Positions 48,151 to 61,076 of a stretch of DNA of 64,000 bases are shown here, piece after piece (position 1 is the first letter of the stretch; every line of letters starts with the position of its first letter). Origin of the DNA: Squalus acanthias (taxonomy: Eukaryota); the NCBI GenBank assembly GCA_030390025.1, contig CM059431.1, positions 123,072,001 through 123,136,000 of the forward strand, written 5' to 3'. The position numbers and the translations under genes are program-made. Under the pieces are notes generated by a model. The model was not told the DNA's origin. It did not search any database and worked only from the letters and a program-made list of their open reading frames with translations.

Positions 48151-48976
48151 TTCCCCCCCCATGTATCTATGTTTCATCCATTAAAAGTTTTAAAGATAAA
48201 AATGCACAGCAAGATGATTTGTAACCAATTAGAGTAAGACATCTGGCAGGTAGTAGTACTGGTAGGAAGAAGGAGCTTTGCTCCGCTAGAAGCAGTTCTG
48301 TGATTTGGTAGCACTGGAAGATGGCCCTGCGCTTTTTTAGAAGTGAAGTTGGGGTCCTGGTGTTTGGTAGTACTGCTGTGGGCTGATAGGCTTTGGCTCT
48401 TTGCAAACATTAAATTTGGTGTTTGTAATTAGTTCTAGAAGTGTATCTTTTTGTCTATTTCTCGCTGTGTTCCTGTTGACCTTTCTCTCTCTCTCTCTCT
48501 GTTTCTCTTTATCTTTATCTGTGTCTCACAGATGGAATGATTTGAGTATTTATATTTTCTAGCTATCGAAAAGATGATAATTTAGCTTTCAAAATTCAAC
48601 TATTTTGTCTTTTTTAAAGAACTCAAATTAGAATGAGGAAAACCTCTTTCACTCAGTTTAATATGATTTCTGAGTTTATGGAGTATTTATAATTCAAAAC
48701 CATTAAAAGCTGCAAATGGTGTGTAATCAGTGCAGTCTATTGTGATTCAATTCTCTCTCTCTCTTTCACACACATCCTTTTCGTATTTAAAAACACAATA
48801 TAAATTTTATCTGAATAAAACTTTTAAACTTCCTTCAAATAATTTTACCAATTGATAAAATAGATGTTGTTACAGACTAAGAGAGAAGCTAAATTTCATT
48901 AGTTAAATGTTAATGATGCTTCTTGTGCAGTGTACTTGCTCAAAATAAAAGAGTCACAATTCTAAGCAAAAATATG

Positions 48977-49719
48977 GGCCCAGAATTTGCGGCCAGCGAC
49001 GAAGCAAAGGCGTTCGCCACTGGCCCCGAACTAAGCTTCGCACAAACATCTCACAATTTCTGTGTCGAAAATTTCGGGTTTTCTGATGCGTAGTTCAAAT
49101 CAACAGAAGATAATGGGGATCCCCAGCGAAGAGCTGCTGTGACGTCAACAAGCTGTCTAAGCGGCCAATCAAGACACCGAATTCTCACAGACAATGAACC
49201 AGGAAGTGGATAAGCTCCTAAAATTCTAACTTTTAAAAAATGTTAGAGAGAGCAAAACAAAGATTGGGGCTCTCACAAGGGGAAAAGGCAAACCTGAAAT
49301 AAAGATGAACAAACTTAAAAAAATATATATATTTTTGTAAAGTTTCTTAAAAATTTTAATTTTTTATTAAAATTGATAAATTTCACACTGCACAAAATTA
49401 AAATTCATTTTTCAGGGCCATAACCTTTGTTTAGCAGTCAATGCACTGTAAAAACACCAGTTACACCAAATCCAAAGGGCTCTAACTTTTAATGGGGTAT
49501 TTAACAGTGTAATTGCTGTGGAAGAGCCGAGGTTTTCGTCAGTTGCCATGAATTCGCTGATTACACAGATTGCCGGCTCTGTGGGGTGGGGGTGGGTGGC
49601 ACAGCGCAGCCAGTGTCGGAGCAGTGAATGACAGGCTGCAGCTTCAGGATTTCCTGAAGTTGCGGTCAGTTTCAAAGGTGGAATGAGGGCGAACGCTGCT
49701 AGTTCACCATCATCAGGCC
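48977..49719. mobile_element. Harbinger MITE
   Basis: Left TIR GGCCCAGAATTTGC; degenerate right end CAGGCC; TSD ATG/ATG; AT-rich core. Confidence 0.65.
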
Positions 49720-50326
49720 ATGAAGTCTAAGGTCGGGCTTCTGAAAGAGGCCAAGGTCTTCAAATAAAACTTCAAGGAAGGCATTAAAAACCAGAGAAGA
49801 AGACTCTTTTGGGTAAATTTAATCACATTATTATGAAATATGCATTTAATTTTTTAAATTTTAATCTTTACTCTGGACATTTCAGTTACTGAGAAAGATA
49901 TAGCAGAAAAACTTAATCAAAGAGCATTTCGAGTGATTTGATTGGTACATAACATGTGATGATAACTTGTTAACATATCGCTTTCCATTATAAATGTTGG
50001 TATGTTAGAATAGGCTTCTGCCATTAGAACTTTTGGCATACTGGGATCGATTTTAACCCTACCCACTTGGCAGAAACTATGCAGGTGGGCAATTAAAACC
50101 AAGAAGTTTACCCATTTAGAACTCACCCCTTTCCCACCGGCTGCAATCTTAACCTGCAGGGTTCTGCAGGCAGCTGAGGCGCCTGCCTAAAGCAGGTGGG
50201 GGGGCCTCATAAATTCAGTCAAATTTGGGTTCTATTATGTCACTAGACCTCAATTGCATTTCAACCGGGCCTGACCAGGGAAGCTGCTGCAACTTTCCTG
50301 CAGGTGAAAGCAGGTCGGCAGCTATC

Positions 50327-51052
50327 TGCCAGTGCAGCCTTCGGTCGCCTGAGGAAGAGTGTTTTTGAAGACCAGGACCTCAAACCCGGCAGTAAGCTCA
50401 TGGTCTACAGAGCAGCAGTGATACCTGCCCTGCTGTATGCCTCAGAGACATGGACCATGTACAGCAGGCACTTCAAAGCACTGGAGAGGTACCACCAAAG
50501 CTGACTCCGCAAGATCCTGCAAATCCATTGGCAGGATAGGCGCACCAACGTCAGTGTTCTCGCTCAGGCCAACATCCCCAGCATCGAAGCTTTGACCACG
50601 CTCGATCAGCTCCGATGGACGGGTCACATCGTCCGCATGCCCGATACGAGACTCCCAAAACAAGCGCTCTACTCGGAGCTCCGGCACGGCAAGAGAGCCC
50701 CAGGTGGGCAGAGGAAACGCTTCAAGGACACCCTCAAAGACTCCTTGAAAAAGTGTAACATCCCCACCGACACCTGGGAATCCCTGGCCCAAGACAGCAC
50801 AAAGTGGAGGAGAAGCATCCGGGAAGGCGCCGAAGACCTCGAGTCTCTTCGCCGGGAGCAAGCGGAAGCCAAGCGCAAGGAGCGCACGTCAACCCAAGCA
50901 CCCCACCTGCCCGCCCCTTCAATCACCATCTGCCCCACCTGTGACAGAGACTGTAGGTCCCGCATTGGACTCATCAATCACCTGAGAACTCATTTTTAAC
51001 GTGGAAGCAAGTCATCCTTGGTTCCGAGGGACTGCCTAAGAAGGAAGGGAAG
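50327..51052 (+). mobile_element. RTE-clade LINE, 5'-truncated
   Basis: ASAAFGRLRKSVF...KLMVYRAAVIPALLYASETWT...QLRWTGHIVRMPDTRLPKQALYSEL...CPTCDRDCRSRIGLINHLRTH*; short 3' UTR ending in an AAG-rich tail; nested in a decayed MITE starting near 50043. Confidence 0.92.
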
Positions 51053-51319
51053 GATGAAGATGTCCATATGGTCAGAAACTTTCCTCTATGGGGCAATGAG
51101 GAGCAGGAGTGCTCCTCCAGGCCTCACAAGGAAAGTCACAGCTTTCTGGAGCCTGGACTCCCTCCTTCCTTCCTATAAAAGCCCCTCCCCACCACTTACC
51201 TGGAAGCAGGCAGCTATTCTCTCTTCCTGTCTCTTGTAGCAGGGATTGGACTGGCAGCATTTAAATGAGGCACCCACTGATTTCAATTTTATATCTTGAT
51301 GTAGGCATTTTCATTGTTA

Positions 51320-51727
51320 AATGCTGAGTCAGAATTTCCGCATCAAGACTTGTGCACATCAATTGGGTTGACAGGTCAGTGCAACATTGAGCAAGTGTTG
51401 GATTGTCAGTGGTGCTATCTTTCATAAGATATTTCAATTGATATCCCATCTGCCTGTACAGATGGACATAAAAGATCTCATGGCACAATTGGAAGAAGAG
51501 CAGGGAAGTTCTCCTGATGTCCTGGTCAACATTCCTCCCTCACCCAACATAAAAAAAAAACAGCTTGATGGACATTTATATCATTTGTTGTTTGTAGAAC
51601 TTTGCTGTGTGACAATTGGTTGCAACATTTGTCTACACAGCAACAGTAATTACACTTACAAAGTAATTCATTGGCAATTCAGATATCCTGAGGATGTGAA
51701 AGGTGCAATATAAATGCAAGTCTTTGT
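51320..51727 (+). mobile_element. DeuSINE (SacSINE1-like), decayed
   Basis: GGACATAAAAGATCTCATGGCACAATTGGAAGAAGAGCAGGG core and ATATAAATGCAAGT tail. Confidence 0.75.
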
Positions 51728-52304
51728 TTAAAAATTGCTGCTCAAAACTGTGCCACAAGAGGTAAGGTTCATGGACAGGTAGTGTGTATGGTTGCAATAT
51801 TTTTAATATGCAGGTCGATTCTCCACAGTGTGGCACACAGGGAGACAAGGACAACTATAGTTTTCAGGTAAAGCAGATTTAAAGCAGACAATTGAAGCAG
51901 AGCACACCGACATAACTCAGTCCCCTTTTTTAAAGTCATACATTTTGCTATTACATTGACATAACACTTCTGTTTTCCGTTATTTGTTATAGTGGAATAA
52001 CAACATTTCTGCCAAGTTGGGAAGCAAAGAAGTATAATTTATTGGAGTATAGGTGTTTTGTTACAGTATAGGCTGAGGAGTTGGAGGAGGCAAAATTGAG
52101 GTGTTACAGCATCACCGATGGTGGGAGGGTGTAACTACAGCATGACAAGTGTACAAGGGCAGTTTCCATTATAAATGTAGATGTAAACATTTATAATGGA
52201 AAAGCTGACACAAAATAGTGTCCAAAGTGTAACAGTAAGCATGGTTTTGTAGACAGGAAGTGCATGCAGACATTTTACAATATATCATAGATATAGTTGA
52301 TATT

Positions 52305-53069
52305 GGGTCAGAAATTCGGCTGTTGTCGGGTGAGTACGCACTGTGTACTCACCCGTGGACGGAACGAAAGTGCCGGTTTCTTGCATGCACTGAGCATGCG
52401 TGGGAAACCAGCACTTCCGTTCCCCTGAGGAAAGGGGTTCAGAGGTCGAACGGGCACACCGGAGGGCCAGCGCGTTCGCCTCGCACTTTGGATTTTTTTA
52501 CAGGTTCCTCCGTGAAGGTAAGCACGGAGAAGATACACTTTTAAAAAGGAGGCGCAAGGCCTTCTTTTAACAAGGTAAGTGTTGATTTTATTAAAATTTT
52601 AACATTTTTTTCACAGATTTATCTTTTTTAATTACTTTAAAGAAAGGTAAGTTTAGTTTTAGCCCCGTTAAAAAATGTAATACATTTTTTCAAAAATTTA
52701 AATTTTTGTTTAAAATAGTTAATTAATGTAATTTATAGTTATTTTTAAAATGTGATGTTTTTTTTAAATTTATTTGTAGTTTTGGGGATGTTTTGGGGCC
52801 GATCTATATTCATAGATTTGACAGGTCTTCCTGTCAAATCTATGAATGAAAGATGATCTGCTGTCATTGGCTCTCCATGGCCCACGTGATCCCAGGGGAC
52901 GCATCGCACTAACTACGCCCCTGAGATACACAAGCACTGCGCGCCGGCAGCTGCAGCAGGCCCAGGAGCCGAAGTCCCCGTGGGCCCAGAGGTCAACGAC
53001 AGGCACGGTAGGTAGGTGCGCACGCGATCCTTGCACCCGCGGGAAGCCAGGGAGCCGAATTTCTGGCCC
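52305..53069. mobile_element. Harbinger MITE with AT-rich core
   Basis: 17-bp TIR GGGTCAGAAATTCGGCT / AGCCGAATTTCTGGCCC; TSD ATT/ATT. Confidence 0.92.
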
Positions 53070-53084
53070 ATTATATTTAATAGA

Positions 53085-53392
53085 AAAAGAGCACAATATA
53101 AAGAATGAATAATAGGGTCTGAAACAAGGGGCCATAGATGCAAGATTAAATCTAAAAGATTTACAACAAAGAGCAATAGAACCTTCTTCACAGAGAGTTG
53201 TGAAGGTGTGGAATTCACTTACAAGTTTAGAGGTTGAGGCAGAAACTAGGTCAACATTCAAGATTTGATTGAATAGGTGGAGGAAGGAAAAGAGGTTGAA
53301 GGGATATGGGAACAGGGTGGGTAAATGTGATTAGAAATATTTGCTCAAGTGAAGGGCAAGCACTGGCACAGACTGGCCTTTTTCCATGTTGT
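53085..53392 (+). mobile_element. CR1 3' end
   Basis: TTCTTCACAGAGAGTTGTGAAGGTGTGGAATTCACT (FTERVVKVWNSL) then GAAGGGATATGGG 3' UTR. Confidence 0.75.
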
Positions 53393-53434
53393 AACCCCAG
53401 CCCTACAAGCCTCCGAGATCTCTTTGCTCACCCA

Positions 53435-53886
53435 GGTCAGTCGTGGCTCAGTGGGTAGCACTCTCGCCTCTGGGTCAAAAGGTTATGGATTCTAAGTCCC
53501 ACTCCAGACACTTGAACATAAAAATCTAGCCTGACACTCCAGTTCAGTACTGAGGGAGTGCTGCACTGTTGGAGGTGCCGTCTTTTGGATGAGACGTTAA
53601 ACCAAGGCCCTACCTGCTCTAAAAGGTGGATGTAAAAGATCTCATGGCACCATTTCGAAGAAGAGCAATGGAGTTATCCCCAGTGTTCTGGCTACTATTT
53701 ATCCATCAATCAACATCACTAAAACAGATTATCTGTTTGTGGGAGCTTGCTGTGGCTACTGTGTTTCCTACATTACAACAGTGACTATGCTTCATAAAAG
53801 TACTTCATTGGCTGTAAAGCGCTTTGGGACGTCCGGTGGTCTTGAAAGGTGCTATATAAATGCAAGTCTTTCTTTTCGTTCTTTTT
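53435..53886 (+). mobile_element. Full-length tRNA-derived DeuSINE (SacSINE1-like) inserted in an L2 3' end (53393-54165)
   Basis: A box TGGCTCAGTGG at 53444; degenerate B box near 53487; core GATGAGACGTTAAACC...GGATGTAAAAGATCTCATGGCAC; L2-like tail; L2 resumes at TCCTCCAATTCTGGC. Confidence 0.85.
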
Positions 53887-54284
53887 CCTCCAATTCTGGC
53901 ATCCTGCGGATCCCCGATTTTAATCGCTCCACCACTGGTGGCTATGCTTTCAGCTGCCAAGGCCCTAAACTCTGGAATTCCCTCCCTAAACCTCTCTGCC
54001 TCTCCATCTCTCTCCTCCTTTAAGATGCTCCTTAAAACCAACATCTCATCTGTCCTGATATCTCCTTCCGTGGATCGGTGTCAAAATATTTGTTGATAAC
54101 ATCTTGTTAAGCACTTTGGGACATTTTGCTACATTAAAGGCACTATATAAATGCAAGTTGTTGTTATACATTTCAGTTGAGATATATATATATATATATT
54201 TCTGAATACTATGTTGAGGTGCTGGTTAGGAAAATTTCTACAGCTGACTTCAGGTTTATTAAGCCAACTTAATTTATAGAGTTA

Positions 54285-55116
54285 GGGGGCAATTTTGCCA
54301 GCCCTGGGGAGGCAGGTATGGAGGTAGGACTGCCGGAAAAATGGCAGAATTTAGGGGCGGGTGTCCAACCTGCCTCCGTGTCTTCTTCCCAGGAGGCGGG
54401 TAGCCGTCCCGCGCCGGGTTCCGTCTCCTTGGAGGCGGGAAGGAATTAAAGCCTATTAACTACCTGTTAACAGGTAGTTAACAGGCAGAAAATAGGATTA
54501 TCCCCTTTTTGCCCTCACAAGTGCGGGCTTCCCGAAGGCTCCGAAACCCGCCAGCTCAGCGAGGCGCGTACTGGTTCTGCGGGGGTCGGGGGGTGCAAAA
54601 GTGTGGCTTGAAGGTAAGTGATGGGTGCAAGAGTGTAGAGGTGAGTATCTGATGTAAGTGCTATGTGTTTTTAAAAGTGTACTTACCTTTGTTTCTTCCT
54701 GCAGGCTTCAGTCGGTTTGTATGCGGATAGTCTCGCACCTCCGTGTTGGAGATGACTGATGGCCATTGCATTCTCAGATGCAACAAACATCTCATTTCTG
54801 TAAAAGAAAGAAGGTTGATGAGGTCTTGTATGCAAGACCTCATCAAACTACAGAGAATGTCACTGTTTGACAGCTTCACAGAACTGTCAAACGATGACAA
54901 TTCATCTGTCAAAAATGTTGACAGATGAAACGTTATATGTTGACATTCTCTGCAACCGGCTTTCCCTTAATTGGCCTGCTAAGCCCGCTGGGTGGGCTTA
55001 ACAAAGTCAATCAAGGGAAAATAGCGTGGGTTGGCCACAAATCGATGGAGGCGGGACATCAACCCGACAAGCAGCAATCCCGCCTCCAACGCGCCCCCAC
55101 ACACAAAATCGCCCCC
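54285..55116. mobile_element. Harbinger MITE (CCCGCCTCC family), inverted relative to 42738-43581
   Basis: TIR GGGGGCAATTTTG / CAAAATCGCCCCC; TSD TTA/TTA. Confidence 0.92.
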
Positions 55117-55372
55117 TTAGAGTTAGAAAAGTGATTGCTGAAGTTCTGCTTGATGGAGGTTCTGCTTGGAATTTTCCCCACACTGGCAAATTACAATTTG
55201 GGGAGGGAGATTTACCTGTGAGTTTATGTGTAACAAAATTGTAAATCAGTTCTTTAAAAATAGGTTTAATTTGTTCTGATAAGCAGCATAAATCTTTAAA
55301 TATAATCATAGTTATAAAATCATCCCTGAGGTAAAGTCTCAAAATTTGTTATAATTCATAATTCATAAATGA

Positions 55373-55505
55373 GGGTAGATTTTCTGAGTCCTAACCAATG
55401 CCATAAAAAAATTGGAAAATCGCAGCCACACCCCCGCTATTTTCCAATGTATGCTGGTGATGGGTGTGGTACCTCACTTTGAGCAGGGACTCAGAAAATC
55501 TCCCC
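55373..55505. mobile_element. 133-bp mini-MITE, Harbinger-like
   Basis: TIR GGGTAGATTTTCTGAGTCC / GGACTCAGAAAATCTCCCC; flanks TGA/TTA. Confidence 0.7.
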
Positions 55506-55929
55506 TTATATGTATGTATGCACCATATAAAAAGAACAAATTAAGGAGATGCTCAATGATTTATTGAGATATTGACAATTGAGTCGGCTATCACCTACAA
55601 TTCTGAGCAATAAGGAAAACAGGAAGTCCCATATTGATGCAGAACATTTCAATGTGGATTTCTTAACCTAACTAATTGCTTATTCAATGATTGATGAGGA
55701 AACTATTTGATAATCTAGTTGGAGTACAATTGCTTAGTTTAATTGATCTGAGAGGAGGCTGAAGTGAATAAGAAAATAAGGACATAAATTACTGTGAGGG
55801 GCTGACTATTTCAATCCATCCAAATGCTGTTTAGTCTGAGAAATATTCCATCAAGCTCCCAAAAATTGATCAATGAAGTACTCAGCAATGTTTTTATTTA
55901 GATGCTACACTGCCTACTTTAATGGCATA

Positions 55930-57160
55930 ATGATATTCCTTGCCTCATTTGGAAAACAAACCTAAAGACTGTAGGAAACACATGTTTTCAAGAGAGATCT
56001 AGAGCTGCAAAAAATCTAAAGACACAGATATATAAATGCTTAAAGGTGGAAGTGTAGGTTAGCAAAAACCATAAAAAGGCAAATGTTGTTCTGAGTTTTA
56101 TATAAAGGGGTCTTATATATAAAAGCAGGGAAGTATTGTTGAATATGTGCAAGTCATTGGTTAGGCCACAGTTGCTGTTCTGGGCACCCCATTATAGGGA
56201 GGATATTATGCCTATAGATAGGGAACAGTGAATATTCAATGGGACCATGTCAGGGACGAGAGGTTGTGGTTATGAAGAAAAGCTTGGAAAATGTTTTTTT
56301 TCGCTGGAAAAGAGAAGGTTGAGATGCATCTAGGTGTGATGGAATACTCTCCACTTGTGTGGATAAGTGCAGCTCCAACAACACTCAAGACCATCCAGGA
56401 CAAAGCAGCCCGTTGGATTGGCACCCCATCCATCACCTTAAACATTCACTCCCTCCACCACCAGCGCACCGTGGCTGCAGTGTGTACCATGTACAAGATG
56501 CAATGCAGCAACTCGCCAAGGCTTCTTTGACAAACTCGCAACCTCTACCACCTAGGGCAAGGGCAGCAGGCGCATGGGAACACCTCCACCTCCAAGTTCC
56601 CCTCCAAGTCACGCCCCATTCTGACTTGGAAATATATTGCCGTTCCTTCATCGTCGCTGGGCCAAAATCCTGGAACCCTCCCTAACAGCACTGTGGGAGT
56701 ACCTTCACCATACGGACAGCAACGGTTCAAGAAGGTGGCTCATCACCACCTTCTCAAGGCTACTTAGGGATGGGCAATAATTGCTGGCCCATGAATGAAA
56801 AAAAAGTAGAGGATTTCAAAATTATGAAAGGTTTTGAGAGGATAAATAGTGAAAGGTTGTTTCCATTGTTTGGAAAATCAGTAACAAGGGCCAATGTCTC
56901 TGGATTATCATTAGAAAATGAACAGAAAGTTAGAAGAAATATTTACACAGCGAGGATTATTAGATCATGGGATACTTTATTGCAAGTGACTATTGAGGCA
57001 GAAACATTTAAAAGGGAATTTGATAAGTGTTTGATAAGTGCAAATATAAAAAGATGTGGGGAAAGGGCAGTGAAATGAGATTAGAGTAGACAGGTCCAGT
57101 TGAAGAGAAAGTACTCGCACAGGCATGATAAGATGACAGATCCTTCTGTGCTATATTTTG
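55930..57160 (+). mobile_element. Old CR1 3' part with a nested CR1/L2-group LINE 3' end (about 56332-56805)
   Basis: CR1 motifs on both sides; insert reads VMEYSPLVW...IQDKAARWIG...HSLHHQRTVAAVC and ends GGGCAATAA...ATGAATGAAAAAAAA. An antisense end of the same insert family lies at 10003-10080. Confidence 0.8.
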
Positions 57161-57292
57161 CATAACTTTATCATCTAAGGATGAGCCATAATTTAACTGA
57201 ATTGAAATGTTTAAGACATGTCAGGAACACAAAAAGAATGTACTTTAATTGATGGCTAGAATAGACTGAGAGACAGTTATTTTTGCATGGTA

Positions 57293-57654
57293 CAGGAAAC
57301 TCTTTATTAACCGGCACCCAAATATCCGGAAATCTCTCTTAACCGGCAAAATTCTTGAGTAGGTAACCGGGGTTTTCCTTCATCTCTCGTTTAAAATTAA
57401 CTTTAAAAAAAACCGAGGCATTTGCCTTGTATCAGAGCATGTAGATTGGGAGGGGAATGTGCAGCTCGGGTAGGCAGCGGACACGACAGATGGTCAGCTG
57501 GCGGTCCCCGGGGAGACGGAGCTCCGAATGCAGGCGCATGTCAATGTGTTCGGGGCTCTCGTACGTTGGGAGGTATAACTCTCCATTATCCGGACTTTTT
57601 GATTAACCGGCACCACGCCGGTCCCGTCGGTGCCGGTTAATAAAGAGTTTCCTG
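57293..57654. mobile_element. Tc1/mariner (pogo/Tigger-like) MITE, 362 bp
   Basis: Perfect 26-bp TIR CAGGAAACTCTTTATTAACCGGCACC; TA TSD. Confidence 0.92.
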
Positions 57655-58304
57655 TACTTGAAACCAGGCTGACCAAAAGTACCATGCAAAAATAACTAAA
57701 TCTATAAAGAAACATTTAGGTTCTTACTAAAGTTGAATCAGAGCAATTGTCTAAAGCCCAGTGCCCATTCCTAGATTACTGTTAATGGCTGACAAGCTCA
57801 CATACAACACTCCATATTACCCAGGCACCAGTTAAGGGGACCACACACCAACTCACCCAATTGTAGAAGATCTGGCAGTACTGCCAAAAAGCCGCCAGAC
57901 ATCAATTCAACAGGCAGCCACAATAGTGCACCCAAAGACTATGATCAGTTATTGGAGCTAGTTTAACAGGCTCATTCCTGAGGCATTCTGCTATGCACTA
58001 TTTTGTAAAGTGTACCATGTATGTTGTAGAGTAAGAAGGCAATGTAAGCGAGTATGGCAAAATGTTGTAACTAAAGAATAATTTCAATTAAAATAAAATA
58101 AAGGTGTTAAAAGCATAGAAGCTCATAACTGCTATCATGTATTCATAAAAATATCAAGTGGGACAAATTTAACAATTGAGAAAATAAGCTACAGCATAAT
58201 TTATAGGTGTAAACAGAGCAAGTTGAGGTCAACATCAAGGTAATCCTAAACATAGAGATGTTACATTATCCAGACCAGATACAAACATTTGCAGCTGACA
58301 GAAT

Positions 58305-58991
58305 GGCCCAGAATTTTCTGGAGTGTGCCATCTCACAGTGAGAGACACAAGTTGGATTTTTTCCTCACCCTTCAACTCCAGTTATTTTTGCGCCGCAAAT
58401 TGCTGGAACCGCAAGCTGATAATGATACAGTGAGGGCAACGGGAGAACTTGGACCTTGGTGAACAACAGGACCAATAGTCTATCTCCTTAACCAATGAGA
58501 TTTAAGGATAGAGAAAAATACAGAGCAAATGATGGAGATAGAAATAGAGTAAATTAGATAGAGAGAGAAAAGAGACATAAAGGAAAAGTAAGAGAAAAAA
58601 ATTAAACTTAAAATTTAAAAAACCTCTAGGAACAATTTACTACCTGCAGGAGTGAGACTCCACAGTTTCAATTGTTCACTTTCTGGGATTCCAAGATTGA
58701 GTGGCATGTCAGGACCATAAATCTCCCCATTAACAGGTTCCTTACACCGTGAAATAGAAACTCTAACTTTCTGCGGCATATTTAATTCATATTTATGGCA
58801 CAAATCCAGCAATCTTTTGACACTTATGGGGGCGTTGGCGGTGAGCTCTTGTTTTTGCAAAGCTAACGGCAATTTTTGGTGATTTGCAGCTCACACCATA
58901 TCTCTTCCTTGCTACAAATTGCTGGGTTTTTACGCACTAATAACAGCGGGTGCTGTGAACTCGTTGTTAATTTTCAAGCAAGTTTTGGGCC
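58305..58991. mobile_element. Harbinger MITE
   Basis: TIR GGCCCAGAATTT / AAGTTTTGGGCC; TSD AAT/AAT. Confidence 0.8.
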
Positions 58992-59252
58992 AATGTAATG
59001 ACAGGCAATCAATATAGTAAACATAATGATTGAGAACCTTTTGTTACAGAGAGAGAGAGAGTTGTTACTACACAACTGAGACAACACATCATTTTAACAG
59101 GTGTACAAATGTTTTAACTTATTATGATTTTTTATTTCAAACTGGATGTTTTTTTGCTGTTGAATAAAAGGGATAGATCATTCAAAGTTAAAATACAGAG
59201 TGATGCCAGTCTAATACCAGTCATTGTGTTGTCATGTTTCAGTGGTGGTTTT

Positions 59253-59684
59253 CACTTGCATTTATATGGCAACATTCACGTCCCAAATGCTTTACAGCAA
59301 TGAAGTACTTTTGAAGTGTAGTCACGGTTGCAATGTCGGAAATGAAGCATCCAATTTGCCACACAGCAAGGCCCCACACATAACAATGAGATAATGATCA
59401 GATAATCTGTTTTTTTAATGATGTTGGTTGAGGGAATAAAAATGGCCATAACATCAGGAGAATTCCCCTGCTATTCTTCGAATAGTGCTATGGGATCTTG
59501 TTTCTCCACCTGAGGTTTTGGTTTAACGTCTCATATCAAAGACGGCACCTCTGATGGTGCAGCACTCCCTCAGTACTGCACTGAAGTGTCAGCCTGGATT
59601 ATGTGCTCAATCTTTGGAGTGGGTCTTGAACCCACATCCTTATCAGTCAGAGGCATTTGTGCTCACTGCTGAGCCAAAGCTGAC
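59253..59684 (-). mobile_element. DeuSINE (SacSINE1-like)
   Basis: Reverse complement of 53435-53870 with A box TGGCTCAGCAG and B box GGTTCAAGACC. Confidence 0.85.
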
Positions 59685-59739
59685 ATTCATTCAAGTTCAT
59701 TTCATATTTCTAGCAGCCACCATGCGTCACTGAAATATT

Positions 59740-61076
59740 GGGCGAGAAATTGCTGGAGAAATAATGACAAGTTAACAGCGCTCTCCACTACTAGTTCGTA
59801 AAAAAAAACAGTGATTTGCGGCGAAGAAGAGATATGCCATGAGATCCGATTCTCACAAATCGCTCGCCTCGACGAAACTGAAAAAAATTACAACCTTGCC
59901 GTGAGCCTCTCCATTGAAGTTGATTGCATATCATGAAATTGCTGGATTTAGGTTAATTGCAAATTAATCTTGCCGCAGCCATTTAGGGCTGCTAATTCAT
60001 GTCGTAAGGACTGTGTTAATGATGTGATTTATGGTTCTGACATAACACTCAAACTTGGAGACCCAGAAAGGGAACAATGAAGCTGCGGAGTTTCACATTA
60101 GCAGATGGTGAATTTTTCCATTAGGTTTTTCAAACTTTTTGTCTGTCTTGGCAATATTGTTATGCCAGTGCTGCCAACCACACTCCTGTCAGAGTCGGAA
60201 GGCAATCATTTTCAGGATGCAAAGCTGTTTTGACACTCAATTATGCAAATTAGATAGATTTCTTTCCGAAAATAACTTTGGCATACAGTATATGAGCAAT
60301 TTGAGACATGACATGGTAAGCGCAGCATGCTTGGGAGGAAAAAGATGACTTTGGACCTATGGGTCCGAAAGCTCTCCACCACTGGGGTTCTCCTCGTGTC
60401 ATGTCCGGGTCTGTTGTAGACTAATTGATTGAGATTGGTTGCTATGATTAGTCAACAACTCTATTATCATTGTATCATGTGACTACCAGGATGATAGAAG
60501 GCAAACTAGATGGACATTGGTATTTTTTCATCTAGCAATTCCTATGTTCCTGTGAAAGTATGCAATGACATACCTACTGGGTGTTCCACTGTTCCAGAGC
60601 ATAATATTTGGGGCTGCTGGTTCTATACTTCATGCATCAAGAATGTTTGCATATCTACCCTGTCATTCACTCATTAGCATCTCAAGGACCAATACTACAA
60701 TTCCCAAACACAGCTAGATTACAATGTCATCTTCTTCTGCTTGTCATTTTTAATTGCTTTCTTTCTATCTCTTTTTCTCTCTCTCTCTTAATCCCTTCTC
60801 TTTCTTTCCCTCTATTTATTTCTCTTTATCTAATTTGACTTTAATTCGCCCTATTTCCTTCTCTTTCGTTCGCTCTGTTTCTTTCTCTATCTTTTCCTTT
60901 TATTGGTGATAGACCATTGGGCACGACATTCAAAAGATCCTAGAAGTGGCATTGACATCGCTGCGCCGTTATCGCTTTGACGTTCCAGCAATCTGCAGCG
61001 CAAATATAGTGCGATCTGCACAGTGAGGTAAAAAGTCTCTCAGCACGAAATGTGCCATTGCAGCAATTTCTGGCCC
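59740..61076. mobile_element. Harbinger MITE (inverted relative of 58305-58991) with a nested LINE-like 3' end at about 60200-60551
   Basis: TIR GGGCGAGAAATTGCTG / CAGCAATTTCTGGCCC; insert ends TTCCTATGTTCCT like CR1 tails. Confidence 0.7.

Noticed and set aside
53435..53505. tRNA gene (also 59615-59684)
   Set aside because: The A/B boxes belong to a SINE head continuous with its body and tail; no clean cloverleaf.
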